Positions 41,784-51,188 of a stretch of DNA of 64,000 bases are shown piece after piece. Within the stretch, counting starts at the first letter, position 1. Every line of letters starts with the position of its first letter. The notes beneath the pieces were generated by a model that saw nothing but the letters and a program-made list of their open reading frames with translations, searched no databases and was not told the DNA's origin. Source of the DNA: Gemmatimonas sp. (GTDB lineage Bacteria; Gemmatimonadota; Gemmatimonadetes; Gemmatimonadales; Gemmatimonadaceae); contig OZ257156.1 in the NCBI GenBank assembly GCA_965279375.1, forward strand, positions 160,001 through 224,000, written 5' to 3'. The translations under genes were made by a program, and so were the position numbers.

Positions 41784-44700
41784 CTAAGGCTGCGTGCCCG
41801 CGTTCAGGTCGTTCCAGTTCATGATGGCGTTGAAGCCCATGATGAACGTGCCCTGCGTCTGCCAGCGCCAGAACGGACGGATGGTGAACATCACCAGGTG
41901 TCCCTTGCCGAGTGGCGAGTCGATGACGTTGGGGCGATTCGAGAGATTCTCTCCGCCCTGCAGCACGCCGGAGAGCAGCATGTCACGCGGGCTACCGGGC
42001 CACGCCATGACCACGCGCGGCTTCATGTCGCCGAGCGTACGAAGCGGAGGTGCGGCCGCCGCTCCACCAGCGCCACCGCGTCCGCCAAAGCCACCTTCGA
42101 ATGCAGGGGCAGCAGACGACGTTGTGGGCCACTTCTGCATCGGATCCCACACCGAGTGTTCAACCCACGTCGCCATCGGCTGCGTGTTCTGATACACGCC
42201 GGGCTGACCACCGAAACCACCGGGGCCACCGCCGCCGCCAAGCGCTGTACCCGCGAGCGCGCCGGAGCTGCCCGGACGCAACACGTCGGTCTTGCTGATC
42301 GGTGCGGCATTCGGCGTGACGGGTACGCCCGCATCGAGCAACGTGCCGCCGCTGTAGTAGACCGGCATCTGATTGACGTCGAAGCCGTAGGCGATCGGGC
42401 TGGTCATATCGGTGATGACACCGCGCAGGATCGTGCCGCGGTTAACCAACCCTTGCGCTGCCGTCGGGCGCAGGCCCGGCGTGAGGCTGTAGGTCGGGAA
42501 GATGCCCGACGTGCCGCCTTCGGTGATGAGCGTGCCGCCAGCCTGCACGAACTCGTGCAGCGCCTTGAGCCCATCTTCACCCAAGCCACCGCGCGTATCG
42601 GCGGTCGAGTCGGGATAGCCAAGCGCGGGATATTCAGCGGTACGCTGATACGGGATCGGCTTGCCATCGGTCGGCGGCGCCTGTCCAACTGCACCACCAT
42701 GCGGCCACAGGATCACGTCGAACTTCGTGCGCAGCGCGCCCAACTTGCGGACGTTGTTCTCGCCGAAGTAGCTGTACGGGATCTTGTAGTAGTCGAGCGC
42801 CGCACGCACCCAGCCTTCGTCTTGCGTGTTCGTCCAGCTGTGGATGTAGCCGATGCGCGGAATGTCGAGGTCGTGCGACTTGACCGTCGGCGCGACATCA
42901 ACCGCCCAGGCGGAGAGACCGAGCTCCTTGAGGGCCGGCTCGAGCTGCGCCTTGTTGGCCTTGGCGATGATGAACGAGCCCGCGCCGAACTTGTGGCCCG
43001 CGGCTTCGAACGGCGCTTCCGCGGCCGACATCTTCGTGGTGGCGAGGCGATAGCGCAGCGCGACCATATTGTTGTCGCCCGTGTGCTCAACGATCACCGT
43101 CGCACCCGAGCCCGCGATACCACCCGCGGCCGTCACGTGCCCCGAGACCGGCGTCATGCCAGCGGTGAGCAGTGCGGGATCCTTGATCTCGTGCAGGATG
43201 ATGTTGCGCATCATCTGGTACGTCCAACCGGTGTCGTCGTAGGGCGACGGGTTGGTGGTCGGGTAGTTCTGGATGCTGAAGTACATGTCGGCGATGGTGC
43301 GCAGCGGCTGATCGCCACGAATGATCCAATCGCCCTTCTTCACATCGACCGTGCCGAACTTGCCGTCGGCGTTGGCGACGTGGAACTCGAGACCCTGGTC
43401 GATGAGCTCATTCACCGCTTCGGCCGCGTTGGCCTTCGCATGCTGCGACGCGGGAACGACCCACCCCTTCACTGGGCCGAGCACACCCTTCTTGATCGCG
43501 TTCTTGTTCTTGATCCAGTAATTCTCGAGGAAGCGCTCGCGCTCCTTGCCCGTATTCCACAGTGCGTAAAGCACCGCAGACTCCTGGATGTTGGTGTTCG
43601 CGCGCGGGCCCCACTTGATGTCGTTCGGGGTGGGGTTCGGGCGGAACCACTCACGACTCTGGTTGTAGTTCGTGCCGCCGAGGATGCGCGTGAGCGACGA
43701 GTCGTTCACCGGCGCCGCTGCACCGGCTCCGCGTCCACCACGACCTGCGCCTGCACCCGCGCCCGCCGCCGGAGCCGCGCCGCCAGCCGCGGGCGCTGCC
43801 GCTGCCACCGGGCCGGGGCCACCGCCACGCGCGGCACCGCTGACGCCATCGCAGCCGGAGCCGTAGCTCTGCACTTCGTAGAAGCGACCGATGGCGTTGT
43901 GCGAGTGCACGAGGAAGAACATGTAGTTGGGCACCCAGCCGTCGTAGAACCCATAGGTCCACACGCCGGGCACGCCCTGCTTGGTCATCTCCATCACGTC
44001 ATTCTCGGCCATGTACCACCACTCATTGATGGTGATCGGGTCGAGCTGTTCGTTGTACGGACCGGTGCCCGTGGAGACGTAGAGCAACGTCTGCGCTTCG
44101 TGCAGGTCATGCATGATGGTGGGGTGCCACGTGTTGGCCACACCGCGCACGTTCTGCGTCAGCTTGAGGTACTGGCCCATGCCGTCGCGGTTGTTGTCGT
44201 GCGCGACGTACTTGCCCCAGTAGGGAGTGGGGAGGTTGAGCCCAGTGCGCTGACGGAAGCAGGCACCGTCCACGATCTTGTCGCGGCCGTCCGGCTCGAT
44301 GACCGGCGTGATGAGCGTGAGCACGTTCTTGCGGATGCCGGAGATCATCGCGCCGTCATCGACGACGAGACGATAGGCCAGCTCCATCAGCATTTCCGGT
44401 CCGCCGGTTTCGGTGGAGTGGATGCCGCTGGTGAGGTAGTAGACCGGCTTCGCGATGCCGAAGAGCTGCTTGGCGCGCTGCTCACTCGTCTTGCGCGGAT
44501 CGGCGAGCTCGTTGAGGTAGCCCTTGTAGGTGTCGAGGTTCTTGATCGTCTCTTCGTCGGCGATCGCGAGGACGACCATGTCGCGTCCTTCTTCCGACTT
44601 GCCGATCGTCCAGAACTTCGCGCGCGTCGGCGCCGCGTCAGCCACGGCCTTGAGATAGCGATGGATGTCGCCGGACTTGGTCAGGTAGCCCGGCGTTCCC

Positions 44701-44939
44701 ACGATGCGATTGATGCCGGGGAACTTGAGCGTCGTCGGGACTTTCTCCGACGCCGGCATGTAGTTCACCAGATCGGTGCTGATACGCGGGTCCGTGAGAT
44801 ACTGCTTGATGAGCTTGGTGTACTCATCGTCCTGTTTCTGCGTGGCCTGCGCGCCGGCACGCGGAGCGGTCGCCAGTGCAGCAGCGGCAACGCACGCGGA
44901 CCAGGCCAGCCGACGCATCGACGGTGTCGAGCGGAACAT
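41784..44939 (-). CDS. Large secreted M14 family zinc carboxypeptidase-like protein
   Basis: GGAGG RBS before ATG 44939, signal peptide, HSTE zinc motif, DNNRD, DLHE. Confidence 0.88.
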   Translation of the reverse strand: MFRSTPSMRRLAWSACVAAAALATAPRAGAQATQKQDDEYTKLIKQYLTDPRISTDLVNYMPASEKVPTTLKFPGINRIVGTPGYLTKSGDIHRYLKAVADAAPTRAKFWTIGKSEEGRDMVVLAIADEETIKNLDTYKGYLNELADPRKTSEQRAKQLFGIAKPVYYLTSGIHSTETGGPEMLMELAYRLVVDDGAMISGIRKNVLTLITPVIEPDGRDKIVDGACFRQRTGLNLPTPYWGKYVAHDNNRDGMGQYLKLTQNVRGVANTWHPTIMHDLHEAQTLLYVSTGTGPYNEQLDPITINEWWYMAENDVMEMTKQGVPGVWTYGFYDGWVPNYMFFLVHSHNAIGRFYEVQSYGSGCDGVSGAARGGGPGPVAAAAPAAGGAAPAAGAGAGAGRGGRGAGAAAPVNDSSLTRILGGTNYNQSREWFRPNPTPNDIKWGPRANTNIQESAVLYALWNTGKERERFLENYWIKNKNAIKKGVLGPVKGWVVPASQHAKANAAEAVNELIDQGLEFHVANADGKFGTVDVKKGDWIIRGDQPLRTIADMYFSIQNYPTTNPSPYDDTGWTYQMMRNIILHEIKDPALLTAGMTPVSGHVTAAGGIAGSGATVIVEHTGDNNMVALRYRLATTKMSAAEAPFEAAGHKFGAGSFIIAKANKAQLEPALKELGLSAWAVDVAPTVKSHDLDIPRIGYIHSWTNTQDEGWVRAALDYYKIPYSYFGENNVRKLGALRTKFDVILWPHGGAVGQAPPTDGKPIPYQRTAEYPALGYPDSTADTRGGLGEDGLKALHEFVQAGGTLITEGGTSGIFPTYSLTPGLRPTAAQGLVNRGTILRGVITDMTSPIAYGFDVNQMPVYYSGGTLLDAGVPVTPNAAPISKTDVLRPGSSGALAGTALGGGGGPGGFGGQPGVYQNTQPMATWVEHSVWDPMQKWPTTSSAAPAFEGGFGGRGGAGGAAAAPPLRTLGDMKPRVVMAWPGSPRDMLLSGVLQGGENLSNRPNVIDSPLGKGHLVMFTIRPFWRWQTQGTFIMGFNAIMNWNDLNAGTQP

Positions 44940-45317
44940 CCTGCCTCCTTCAAGGGAATGGGCCGCGGCGGAGGGCTGCGGTCGCATTGGGTGGTGTACT
45001 CAGTGTACGCGCAGCTCAAGGATTTCGCGGTAGTGATTTTCCCTCCAGTAACCGGTAACCGCAGACGTCGTTCGCTCCACTCAAGACCGACCACCCACCA
45101 CTCGTGACCCGAAACAGAGGAGTGTCAGAGCGGCGGCAGCGCGCAGTGGCCAGTGCCCAGTTCAGAGTCTTTCACTCAGATCAGGCGGGGTCGAGAACCG
45201 CCAACCCGACACAACCCTGTTGCGGGCTACGGGTGGTGAGTGGCGGGAGATCAGTAGAGCGAACGGCGTGACCGGTTACCGAACTACCAACGCGGTGACC
45301 GATTCCCCCAGAACGCA

Positions 45318-45349
45318 CAACGGGCCGGAGATCAGTCTCCGGCCCGTTG
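45318..45349 (-). terminator. Hairpin downstream of the susD-like gene
   Basis: 14-bp stem caacgggccggaga / tctccggcccgttg with a 4-nt loop and a weak U-tract. Confidence 0.6.
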
Positions 45350-45370
45350 CGCATTCAGTAAATCCGTCGA

Positions 45371-46936
45371 TCAGGGAGGGGTCGGCGAGTTGGCCGGGCC
45401 CGTTCCGCCCCACGTGTAGAGCGCTTCGCCCTTCACGCCCAGCTCCTTGGCCGGCACCGGCATTTCACGCGGCGTGCCCTCGAGCAGGCCGTCGGTGCGA
45501 CGACGCCAGTAGTACGGCGCCGGGCCGAGGCCCAGCAGCTCCACTTCCATCTCGTAGCCCAGCTTGGTGGTGAGGCCTCCGACGCCGTCGCCGGCAAGGG
45601 CCGCCGACAAGCCACCGCGCGTGACGCGGGTCTTGTTGATCAGCGTCGCCGCGTTGGCCAGCGAGCCGCCCGTGCGGATCAGTGCTTCCGCCCAGACGAG
45701 ATCGTTCTGGGTGGCCGAGATGACCGGCGCGGGGCCGAAACCGCCGTAGATGCCGGACGGATCCTGCTTACCGGTGCGATCGTAGCGGATGTGGCCGATG
45801 TTCGACTGGTGATACGAGCCGCGGCTGGGGCGGAAGATTTCGTCGCGCGAGTAGACGAAGTCCGTGCCGCCGTTGGCCGTCTTGGGGTTGGTGCCGAAGC
45901 CCCCGACGGTCGACGCATCGCCGAAGGAGCCATCGCCCAAACGCTTGTCGGGCGAGTTCGGCTTCGGATTACCACCCGCCGGGTACGGCGTCTTCTGCGT
46001 CGCCGGATCGAGCATGTTGGCCACGCGGGTGTGGACGCGACCGCCGTCGAAGCCATCGAACCAGACGAGCATTTCATGGCACCACGAGACGCAGCCGTCG
46101 CCAACGAAGACGAAGTCGAACGGCGTGCCGCTCGACATGCCGGCGGAGGCGAAGTTCAGAATCTGCGTCCAGTTGGCCGCGGTGTTCTCGGCGCCGGTGC
46201 GCGGGTAGTACGCCAGCGTGATCGCCGCCATCGTGTTGGCAACCTGCGCGATCTGAGCGCTCGTGTACGACACGCCGTTGGTCCACGCTGCCGGCGTCGT
46301 GAACGACGTCGCCTTGGCGATGTTGGCCGCCGAGGTGAGCTTCGCGACGGCCGCATCGCGAATCTGCTTGCGATTGGAGTAGACCAGCGTCGCCGGGTCG
46401 GTCGTTTCGTCGACGATGTAGCCCTTGTCGTAGTTGAGCGCGATGTAGCTCAAGCCGGCGCCCAGCATCAACTCGGACACGGCTTCGGCACGCTTGGTGT
46501 CGGCCGCGTTGTTGATCACCGTCTTGTTCACACGGATGGCCTTGAGCACGTCCACCGCCGACGACATGGCGGCGTACATGCCCACCCACGGCACTTCCAT
46601 GCTGGTGCGACCGGCCGCGGCCGGATCGTTCTGCCACGGGCGCGTGAGGCGCTTGCCGTCGGCGTCATAGCTGGAATAGAAGTTCATGTTCCAGTTATTC
46701 CATGAGGCCGAGAAGGTCTGCGCCTGCGTGACGAGCACGCAGTTGCCTTCGCATCCGTCGTACGCGTTGAACCAGGTGCGCATCGTGCCGCCCGCGACGG
46801 CTTCGAGCGCCGCGGGGTCGGAGAGTGCGCGCTTGGCATCGGGCGCGTTCGGGTTGGTCACGTCGAGCGAGCCGCATCCGGCGACGGTAACCGTCGCCAT
46901 CACGCTGACTGCTCGCAAAAATCGCGTCATCTGCAT
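45371..46936 (-). CDS. SusD/RagB-like outer membrane lipoprotein
   Basis: VAGC lipobox followed by LDVTNPN. AEA...A..LINKTR motif. Directly downstream of the SusC-like gene. Confidence 0.8.
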   Translation of the reverse strand: MQMTRFLRAVSVMATVTVAGCGSLDVTNPNAPDAKRALSDPAALEAVAGGTMRTWFNAYDGCEGNCVLVTQAQTFSASWNNWNMNFYSSYDADGKRLTRPWQNDPAAAGRTSMEVPWVGMYAAMSSAVDVLKAIRVNKTVINNAADTKRAEAVSELMLGAGLSYIALNYDKGYIVDETTDPATLVYSNRKQIRDAAVAKLTSAANIAKATSFTTPAAWTNGVSYTSAQIAQVANTMAAITLAYYPRTGAENTAANWTQILNFASAGMSSGTPFDFVFVGDGCVSWCHEMLVWFDGFDGGRVHTRVANMLDPATQKTPYPAGGNPKPNSPDKRLGDGSFGDASTVGGFGTNPKTANGGTDFVYSRDEIFRPSRGSYHQSNIGHIRYDRTGKQDPSGIYGGFGPAPVISATQNDLVWAEALIRTGGSLANAATLINKTRVTRGGLSAALAGDGVGGLTTKLGYEMEVELLGLGPAPYYWRRRTDGLLEGTPREMPVPAKELGVKGEALYTWGGTGPANSPTPP

Positions 46937-46963
46937 CGAGTCAAATCCTGTGTTGGCGGGTGG

Positions 46964-49900
46964 TCAGTAGCCGAGTTCGAGCATCACGGTGAACGTGCGG
47001 TAGGCGGGATACGTGAAGTAGTCCACCTTGTAGCCGAACGGATTGCCACCGCCGGGTCCCGACACATCCGGGTCATAGCCGGAGTACTTCGTCTTCGTCC
47101 ACAGGTTGCGACCAACGATGCCCAGGCGCGCCGTCTCGAAGCCAGAGACCTTGGCCGCCTTCACGACAGCCTTGGGCAGCTGGTAGTTGAGCGACAGTTC
47201 GCGCAGGCGCACGTAGCCACCGTCTTCGACGAACTTGCTGTTCGGATCGAAGTTGTTGTAGAAGGCCTGGAAGAAGCCCTGCGGCTTCTGCTGACCCTTG
47301 GGTACGTTGCGCTGATCGAAGTCCGCATCGCGGAGCTCGTTGTACGGCCACTGACGCGTGTAGTTGTAGATGTTGCCGCCCTTCTGCCACGTCACCACGC
47401 CGGTGAGCGAGACACCCTTCCACTGGATGGTGTTGTTGAAGCCCATCGTGAAGTCGGGGTTCACGTCACCGATCGGACGCAGCGCCACGCCCTTGTCATC
47501 GAAATACTTGAGCGGACGCTCGTCCTTGGTGCCGTAGGCCGAGTTGGCGACGTAGTAGCCCAGTTCATTGAGCTTGTAGTCGGACGCGCTGCCGGAGAGC
47601 GTCTTGTTGGCGATGTTCGTCGCCAGCTGCTCTGCCGTGCGAATCCACGTGGATCCGTAGATCACACCGAACACCTGACCCGGCGCGACGCGGAAGATGC
47701 GCGTGTTACCGTCGCCGCCGTCCGGACCCGCGAGGTACGGACCAACGCTGAGCGAGGTGATGGTGGAGCGCGTGCGGTCACCCGTCACGTTCAGGCGCCA
47801 GAAGAAATCCTTGCTGGAGGCCAGCACCGCGCCGAACGCGACTTCATGCGTGTTGCCGTCGAGCGTCGCGGCGTTCACCCACGTGTTGCGATAGCCCGAG
47901 GCGGCCGACGTCGGCACCTGCAGGATCTGATCGCTCGTGGTCTTCTTGGAGTAGCTGTACTCGAGCGTGTAGTTCTTGAGGAAATTGATGTTGAAGCCCG
48001 CTTCGGTTTCCTTCGAGAAGGCCGGCTTCAGGTTCGGGTTGCCGAGCGTGACCTTGCTCGGGCTGCCACCCGCGACCGAGAAGACTTCGTACTGCGCTTC
48101 GAACGGCGGGCGCAGACCGGCGGTGCCGTACGACACGCGGATCTTGCCTTCGTCGATGCCGGGGACATGGAAGTCTTCGGAGAAGCGATACGCGGCCGAG
48201 GCGCGCGTGTACGTCGCCTTGCGTTCCTTCGCACCGAACAGCGACGACTCGTCCTGACGCACGAGACCGTCGATGATGTAGCGATCCTTGATGTCGAACG
48301 TCGTGATCGCAAACAGGTTGCGGTTGCGGATCGTGATGGTGTTCGAGTTCGGCAGCGTCGGCGCATCGGGATCCTGCGCGGCGGCTCCGAATTCCGTCAC
48401 GCCCGTGACGGTGAGCTTCTGCGCACGCACGCCGAGCACGTTGGCCGTCTGGTCTTCGTAGACGGTGGCGAGCTTGGTGGTGTTGGTGAGCCAGTCACCC
48501 AGCTTGCGGATGGCCGTCAGCGTGGCGCCCGTGTTGAACGACTTGTTGGACGCGAACTCCTGATTGATGGAGCCCTGACCCTTGCCGCCCGTGGAACCGA
48601 GGAAGCCGATCGGCGTGAACGTCTTGTTGTTGCCGGTGGACTGGTCGTAGTTGAAGTTGCCTTCCGCCGTGAGCCAATCGAACGGGCGATAGTTCATCTT
48701 GATCACGCCTGTGAAGCGGTCGCGATCGTTGGTGACCTTCTGGTTGTTCAGGCGATACAGCGGATTCGACACGTTGCCCGAGGAGGGCGGCTGGCGAATG
48801 ACGGCGTTGTACGGCGAGCCGTCGGTGTTGGGCGCCGTGATGTCGATGTTCGGCTCGAGGAAGCGGATGCCGAAGAAGAGCGAGCCTTCGTTCGTCTGGT
48901 CGGCGTGCGAGCGGCCGTAGAACATGCCGGTGTTCAACGTGATCTTGGAGGTGATCTCCTGGTCGACGTTGATGCGGAAGTTCTGGCGGTTGTAGCCCTG
49001 CAGCAGATCGAGTACGCCCGTTTCCTTGATGTTTTGGATCGAGGCGTTGAAGTTCGTCGCGCCCTTGCGATGACCGACCGAGATGTAGTTGCTCATCGTG
49101 GCGCCCGGCTTGAAGACGGCGCCGAGTGCGTCGAAGATCTTCGGATAGCTGTTGTCCGAGATGTCGTCCGCTTCCGAGATGCGCTGGCCGTTGGCGTCGA
49201 GCTTGAAGCCCGTGGCGCTGGTCGGGTCGAGCTGGAAGGCCGTGGAGGTGTTCAGGCCGACCTTCTTGGGGAGGTAGCTCTGCCCGTACTCGTTACGGAA
49301 GGTGAAGTTGGTCTGCCCTTCCGCGAGGTTGGCGCCACGCTTGGTGAAGATCTGGATGACGCCGTTGGCCGCATCCGATCCATAGAGCGAGCTGGCCGCC
49401 GCGCCCTTGATGACTTCGACGCGCTCGATGTCCTGCGAATTTATGTCAGCGAGACCCAGGCGCGTGATCGTGCCGTCCACGATCACGAGCGGATCCTGAC
49501 GACCCGCGAGCGACGTGGCGGAACGCAGGCGAATGGCCGGCTCCGAACCCGGCGAGCCCGACGTGGTGGTGACGCTGGCACCCGCGACCTTGCCCGCCAG
49601 ACCGCCGAGCGGCGAGATGGCCGGCGTTTCCTTCAGTGCGCTCGCGTCGACCACGCTGACCGCAAACGCCGTCTTCTTCTGCGACGTCGCGTCGGACACG
49701 CCCGTCACGACGACCTGCTCGAGGCTCAAGACGTCCTTGTCGAGATCGTAGTCCTTGTCCACACGACCCGCCGCGATCGTGATGGGGAGACGCTTGGGCT
49801 TGTAGCCGATGAAACGGACCACGAGGTTGACCGCGCGACCGCCGTACTTGGAGACGTCGACGGTGAAGCTGTACTTGCCGTCCACGGTCGTGATCGTGCC

Positions 49901-50068
49901 GGCTCCGATTTCCGGAATTCCGACGCTCGCGCCGCCAAGCGGCTGCCCCGCGGACGTGACCTTGCCGGAGAAGACCTCGGTTTGCGCTTGTGCCGTGCCG
50001 GCGCAGAGCGCGAGCGCTGCGACTGCGGTGGCCATACGCAGAGACCTTCGGATCAAGACACCATCCAT
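46964..50068 (-). CDS. SusC/RagA family TonB-dependent transporter
   Basis: LEQVVVTG, PLVIVDG, IERVEVIKGAAASSLYGSDAANGVIQIFTK plug signature, barrel ending in an aromatic residue. GAGGT RBS. Confidence 0.95.
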   Translation of the reverse strand: MDGVLIRRSLRMATAVAALALCAGTAQAQTEVFSGKVTSAGQPLGGASVGIPEIGAGTITTVDGKYSFTVDVSKYGGRAVNLVVRFIGYKPKRLPITIAAGRVDKDYDLDKDVLSLEQVVVTGVSDATSQKKTAFAVSVVDASALKETPAISPLGGLAGKVAGASVTTTSGSPGSEPAIRLRSATSLAGRQDPLVIVDGTITRLGLADINSQDIERVEVIKGAAASSLYGSDAANGVIQIFTKRGANLAEGQTNFTFRNEYGQSYLPKKVGLNTSTAFQLDPTSATGFKLDANGQRISEADDISDNSYPKIFDALGAVFKPGATMSNYISVGHRKGATNFNASIQNIKETGVLDLLQGYNRQNFRINVDQEITSKITLNTGMFYGRSHADQTNEGSLFFGIRFLEPNIDITAPNTDGSPYNAVIRQPPSSGNVSNPLYRLNNQKVTNDRDRFTGVIKMNYRPFDWLTAEGNFNYDQSTGNNKTFTPIGFLGSTGGKGQGSINQEFASNKSFNTGATLTAIRKLGDWLTNTTKLATVYEDQTANVLGVRAQKLTVTGVTEFGAAAQDPDAPTLPNSNTITIRNRNLFAITTFDIKDRYIIDGLVRQDESSLFGAKERKATYTRASAAYRFSEDFHVPGIDEGKIRVSYGTAGLRPPFEAQYEVFSVAGGSPSKVTLGNPNLKPAFSKETEAGFNINFLKNYTLEYSYSKKTTSDQILQVPTSAASGYRNTWVNAATLDGNTHEVAFGAVLASSKDFFWRLNVTGDRTRSTITSLSVGPYLAGPDGGDGNTRIFRVAPGQVFGVIYGSTWIRTAEQLATNIANKTLSGSASDYKLNELGYYVANSAYGTKDERPLKYFDDKGVALRPIGDVNPDFTMGFNNTIQWKGVSLTGVVTWQKGGNIYNYTRQWPYNELRDADFDQRNVPKGQQKPQGFFQAFYNNFDPNSKFVEDGGYVRLRELSLNYQLPKAVVKAAKVSGFETARLGIVGRNLWTKTKYSGYDPDVSGPGGGNPFGYKVDYFTYPAYRTFTVMLELGY

Positions 50069-50344
50069 TGCGTTACCTCGTGCGGTGAAGGGAGGAGCGG
50101 GTACGACGAACAGAAATGGCGTCCTGTCCCTTGGTGGTCCCAAGAAACGCGGACGCGAATTGGCGACGTGCAGGTAGGCATCACAGAGTGCGACATGTAT
50201 CGGTCATGCAACGGCTGGCCACATTATGCGAATGCAACTTTGCCGACGCAATGGTTCGTCGCTCCGTTCCGTCCCTCGCATCACCATCCTGTCCGTGTCA
50301 ACACGCGACTTGACCCACGAGTCACTGCCCTTATCGTTGCCAAG

Positions 50345-51160
50345 GTGACCTCCCGCTCACGACTCGCCCTCCTCATCGCGCTGGCGATCCCGATCTTCGC
50401 CCGCACGATCCCGGCGCAGCGTCCCGACGGACGACTGTCAGGGACGGTGCTGGACAAGGCCAGCGGTATACCGGTCACCGAGGCCGTCGTGGTGTTCCTC
50501 TCCGACGGACGCCTGTTCACCACAGATTCCACGGGCAGCTACCGCTTTGACAAACTGCCGAGCGGCGTTCTGCGCTTTCTCGTCCGCGCCCGCGGGTATC
50601 CGTCGGTCGGCCTGATCATCGCGCTCGCCAAGGGCGAGAGCATGACACGCCAGGTCGAGCTGGATTCCACTGCCGCCGGCGCCGCCGCGAGCGCAGCCGC
50701 CACGGCACAGGCCGCTTCGAGAGGTCGCGACTCCGCGCAGGCGCTCCCCATGGTCGCCGTCGCGGCAGAGGCCAGCCTCGGCCCGCGCTTCGCAAACTTC
50801 GAGCGCCGACGGAAAACCGGCGCCGGCCACTACATCGTGCGCGAAGACATCGAGAAGGGCGGCTACTCCTCGCTGCAGGACGTCGCCCGCACCGTACGTG
50901 GTGTGAACGTGGAGTGCGGCGGCGGGCTGGGCTGCTACATCCGCATGGCCCGCGCGCCCATGCGCTGTCTCCCCGAGTACGTCGTCGACGACAACGTGGA
51001 CAACACCTTCGGCCCGACGATGCCGGTGCGCGACATCGAAGCGCTGGAGATTTATACCGGGCCATCGGACGTACCGGGCGAATACGCCGGACGCAATGCA
51101 GGGTGCGGCGTGATCGTCATCTGGACACGTTCAGGCCCCACGCGCAAGCGGAAGCTCTAA
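50345..51160 (+). CDS. Exported protein with a carboxypeptidase-regulatory-like domain and TonB plug-like domain, no barrel
   Basis: Signal peptide from GTG 50345, LSGTVLD...TDSTGSYRF, C-terminal IEALEIY...NAGCGVIVIWT. Confidence 0.75.
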   Translation: MTSRSRLALLIALAIPIFARTIPAQRPDGRLSGTVLDKASGIPVTEAVVVFLSDGRLFTTDSTGSYRFDKLPSGVLRFLVRARGYPSVGLIIALAKGESMTRQVELDSTAAGAAASAAATAQAASRGRDSAQALPMVAVAAEASLGPRFANFERRRKTGAGHYIVREDIEKGGYSSLQDVARTVRGVNVECGGGLGCYIRMARAPMRCLPEYVVDDNVDNTFGPTMPVRDIEALEIYTGPSDVPGEYAGRNAGCGVIVIWTRSGPTRKRKL

Positions 51161-51188
51161 CCCAACGCTGCAGGCGCGCGCGGGCGAC

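Noticed and set aside
41706..45107. 1133-aa plus-strand ORF
   Set aside because: Antisense shadow of the M14 gene, typical of high-GC codon bias.
47846..50344. Long N-terminal part of ORF 47846..51160
   Set aside because: Antisense to susC. Only the part from about 50345 looks like a real protein.
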